Part shown: one piece after another, positions 36,084 through 37,149 of the stretch
Layout: each line of letters opens with the position of its first letter
Position numbering within the stretch: the first letter of the stretch is position 1
From: a virus
Taxonomy: Duplodnaviria > Caudoviricetes
Reading direction: 5' to 3' (one strand)
IMG/VR virus record: IMGVR_UViG_3300025673_000107
Location: 1 to 37,149 of that record
Length of the DNA: 37,149 bases
Program-made: the position numbers and the translations under genes
Notes under the pieces: model-generated
Told to the model about the DNA's origin: nothing
What the model saw: the letters and a program-made list of their open reading frames with translations, nothing else
The model's database searches: none

Positions 36084-36464
36084 TTATGTGTTAATTAGAG
36101 CCACATCAGCTGGATCGAATTCTATACCATGAAGTATTCCATTCACAGTAACGGTAATATCTGGAACGATTTCAAGTGAACCATAAAATATATCTTCTGA
36201 TTCTATTGTTTTGTTAGCAGCAATATAACTATTGGGCTCAAACGCCATTGTCGGGGTTGCCGTCTCTGCAATCATCAACGTACCGTGCTCTAGTATATAA
36301 GTAGTGCCCGTAACTTCCTCATCATTTGGAGATATAACAAATTTATTTATTATTTCTGGTATATCAGTAGTTATAATTGTCTCTGATGGCGATACCGACA
36401 ATGCAGTAATTTCGGTTAAATCGAAAACCGAAACTGGATTTGATAGACCTACATAACCTGCCAT
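36084..36464 (-). CDS. Hypothetical virion-associated protein
   Basis: MAGYVG start typical of phage fibre-associated proteins; beta-rich sequence. Confidence 0.62.
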   Translation of the reverse strand: MAGYVGLSNPVSVFDLTEITALSVSPSETIITTDIPEIINKFVISPNDEEVTGTTYILEHGTLMIAETATPTMAFEPNSYIAANKTIESEDIFYGSLEIVPDITVTVNGILHGIEFDPADVALINT

Positions 36465-36467
36465 TTA

Positions 36468-36962
36468 TTATTCCTCGGGTTTTTCTGGATATATAATGTT
36501 ATTTATATCAACAGTGCTTGGAAGATCCCTTAGAGCTTGCCGATAGGTTGTCATTTCCGGAGTTATTGTTACATCAGTCAGGGCACGAAAATCTGTTTCA
36601 ACTAGAAGACGGTTTCTCTCCGATCTTAATGAGGAAAATACTCTATCTTCTTCAGCTTTAAGAAATGCTTTTTCTTGTTGAGCTTTAGTATGAACAGTCC
36701 CATCTTCTTCTGTATACTTTTTAAACTTATTTACAACTTTAAATTTATATACCCAATTACCTAGAGAGTCTTGTTCAACTCCATCTGATAATACCATTTG
36801 TAGGTTTGTAGCATCTGGTTTCGGTGATTCTAATATTGGGTCAATTCCAATAAATTCACAAGTCCCTGTATTCCATACTCTGGGAAATGATGTATTTGGA
36901 TGAAGTCTTCGGATTTCTCCTTGATTTTTAACTTCTCCTGTTTCTCTGATTCTATATTGCAT
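36468..36962 (-). CDS. Tail fibre assembly/chaperone protein
   Basis: RRLHPNTSFP; C-terminal RSERNRLLVETDF...YRQALRDLP...YPEKP. Confidence 0.82.
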   Translation of the reverse strand: MQYRIRETGEVKNQGEIRRLHPNTSFPRVWNTGTCEFIGIDPILESPKPDATNLQMVLSDGVEQDSLGNWVYKFKVVNKFKKYTEEDGTVHTKAQQEKAFLKAEEDRVFSSLRSERNRLLVETDFRALTDVTITPEMTTYRQALRDLPSTVDINNIIYPEKPEE

Positions 36963-36987
36963 AATTGATTTCTCCTGTCATGTTATG

Positions 36988-37149
36988 TTATGCTATCGCT
37001 AAAAAGACATAATTTATGCCACTATTATTAACGTTCGTGTTGGACGTTTGATTGACTATGAATCCAGAAGATAATGGATCAATTGAATCGTCGGATTGTT
37101 CTGAATTAGTACTATCTAGTCTAAGGTATGGTTCAGTACCTGCAACGAT
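36988..37149 (-). CDS. C-terminal end of a phage fibre/structural protein (5' part outside the window)
   Basis: Hand translation IVAGTEPYLRLDSTNSEQSDDSIDPLSSGFIVNQTSNTNVNNSGINYVFLAIA*; GF...N...Y.FLAIA ending is common in marine phage fibre domains. Confidence 0.72.
   Translation of the reverse strand: MVAGTEPYLRLDSTNSEQSDDSIDPLSSGFIVNQTSNTNVNNSGINYVFLAIA

Larger units (their letters stand above)
1..37149 (-). mobile_element. Segment of a large T4-like bacteriophage genome (metabolic/host-takeover region plus tail-fibre region)
   Basis: PAAR spike tip, multiple tail fibres and fibre-assembly proteins, S74 chaperone domains, M15 endolysin, CobT-like VWA protein, TATAAATA late promoters and GTTTAC-type early promoters. 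Genes are co-oriented and tightly packed, often with overlapping stop/start codons. Confidence 0.93.

Noticed and set aside
1-37149. Stop-codon reassignment
   Set aside because: Conserved enzymes are full length in the standard code, and TAG, TGA and TAA all occur at expected gene ends.

Overview
This window is a fragment of a large T4-like (myovirus-type) bacteriophage genome, probably from a marine or other aquatic setting. It is AT-rich and every credible gene is on the minus strand. The phage call rests on a PAAR/gp5.4 spike tip, many tail-fibre and fibre-assembly proteins, S74 chaperone domains, an M15 endolysin, a CobT-like VWA protein, T4-type late promoters (TATAAATA) and T4-type early promoters (GTTTAC...TATAAT). 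The right part (13.7-37 kb) is a virion/tail-fibre region. It contains a four-enzyme modification cassette (halogenase, 2OG-Fe(II) oxygenase, GT9-like glycosyltransferase, carbamoyltransferase) and two probable virion proteins carrying matrixin (MMP-like) metalloprotease domains. The left part (1-13.2 kb) is a dense host-takeover region: isocitrate lyase, serine-cycle-type malyl-CoA lyase, PEP synthase, PRPP synthase, a class 3 lipase, FtsH, and a circularly permuted (two-piece) tmRNA with only 2 nt between its CCA end and its 5' end. The strongest candidates for something new are (1) a phage-borne glyoxylate-regeneration module (aceA + mcl, with ppsA and prs) that may complete an icl-type serine cycle or an atypical glyoxylate shunt in a methylotroph-like host, and (2) the ultra-compact permuted tmRNA found together with a phage FtsH. 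Family assignments come from motif recognition by eye; no database searches were run.
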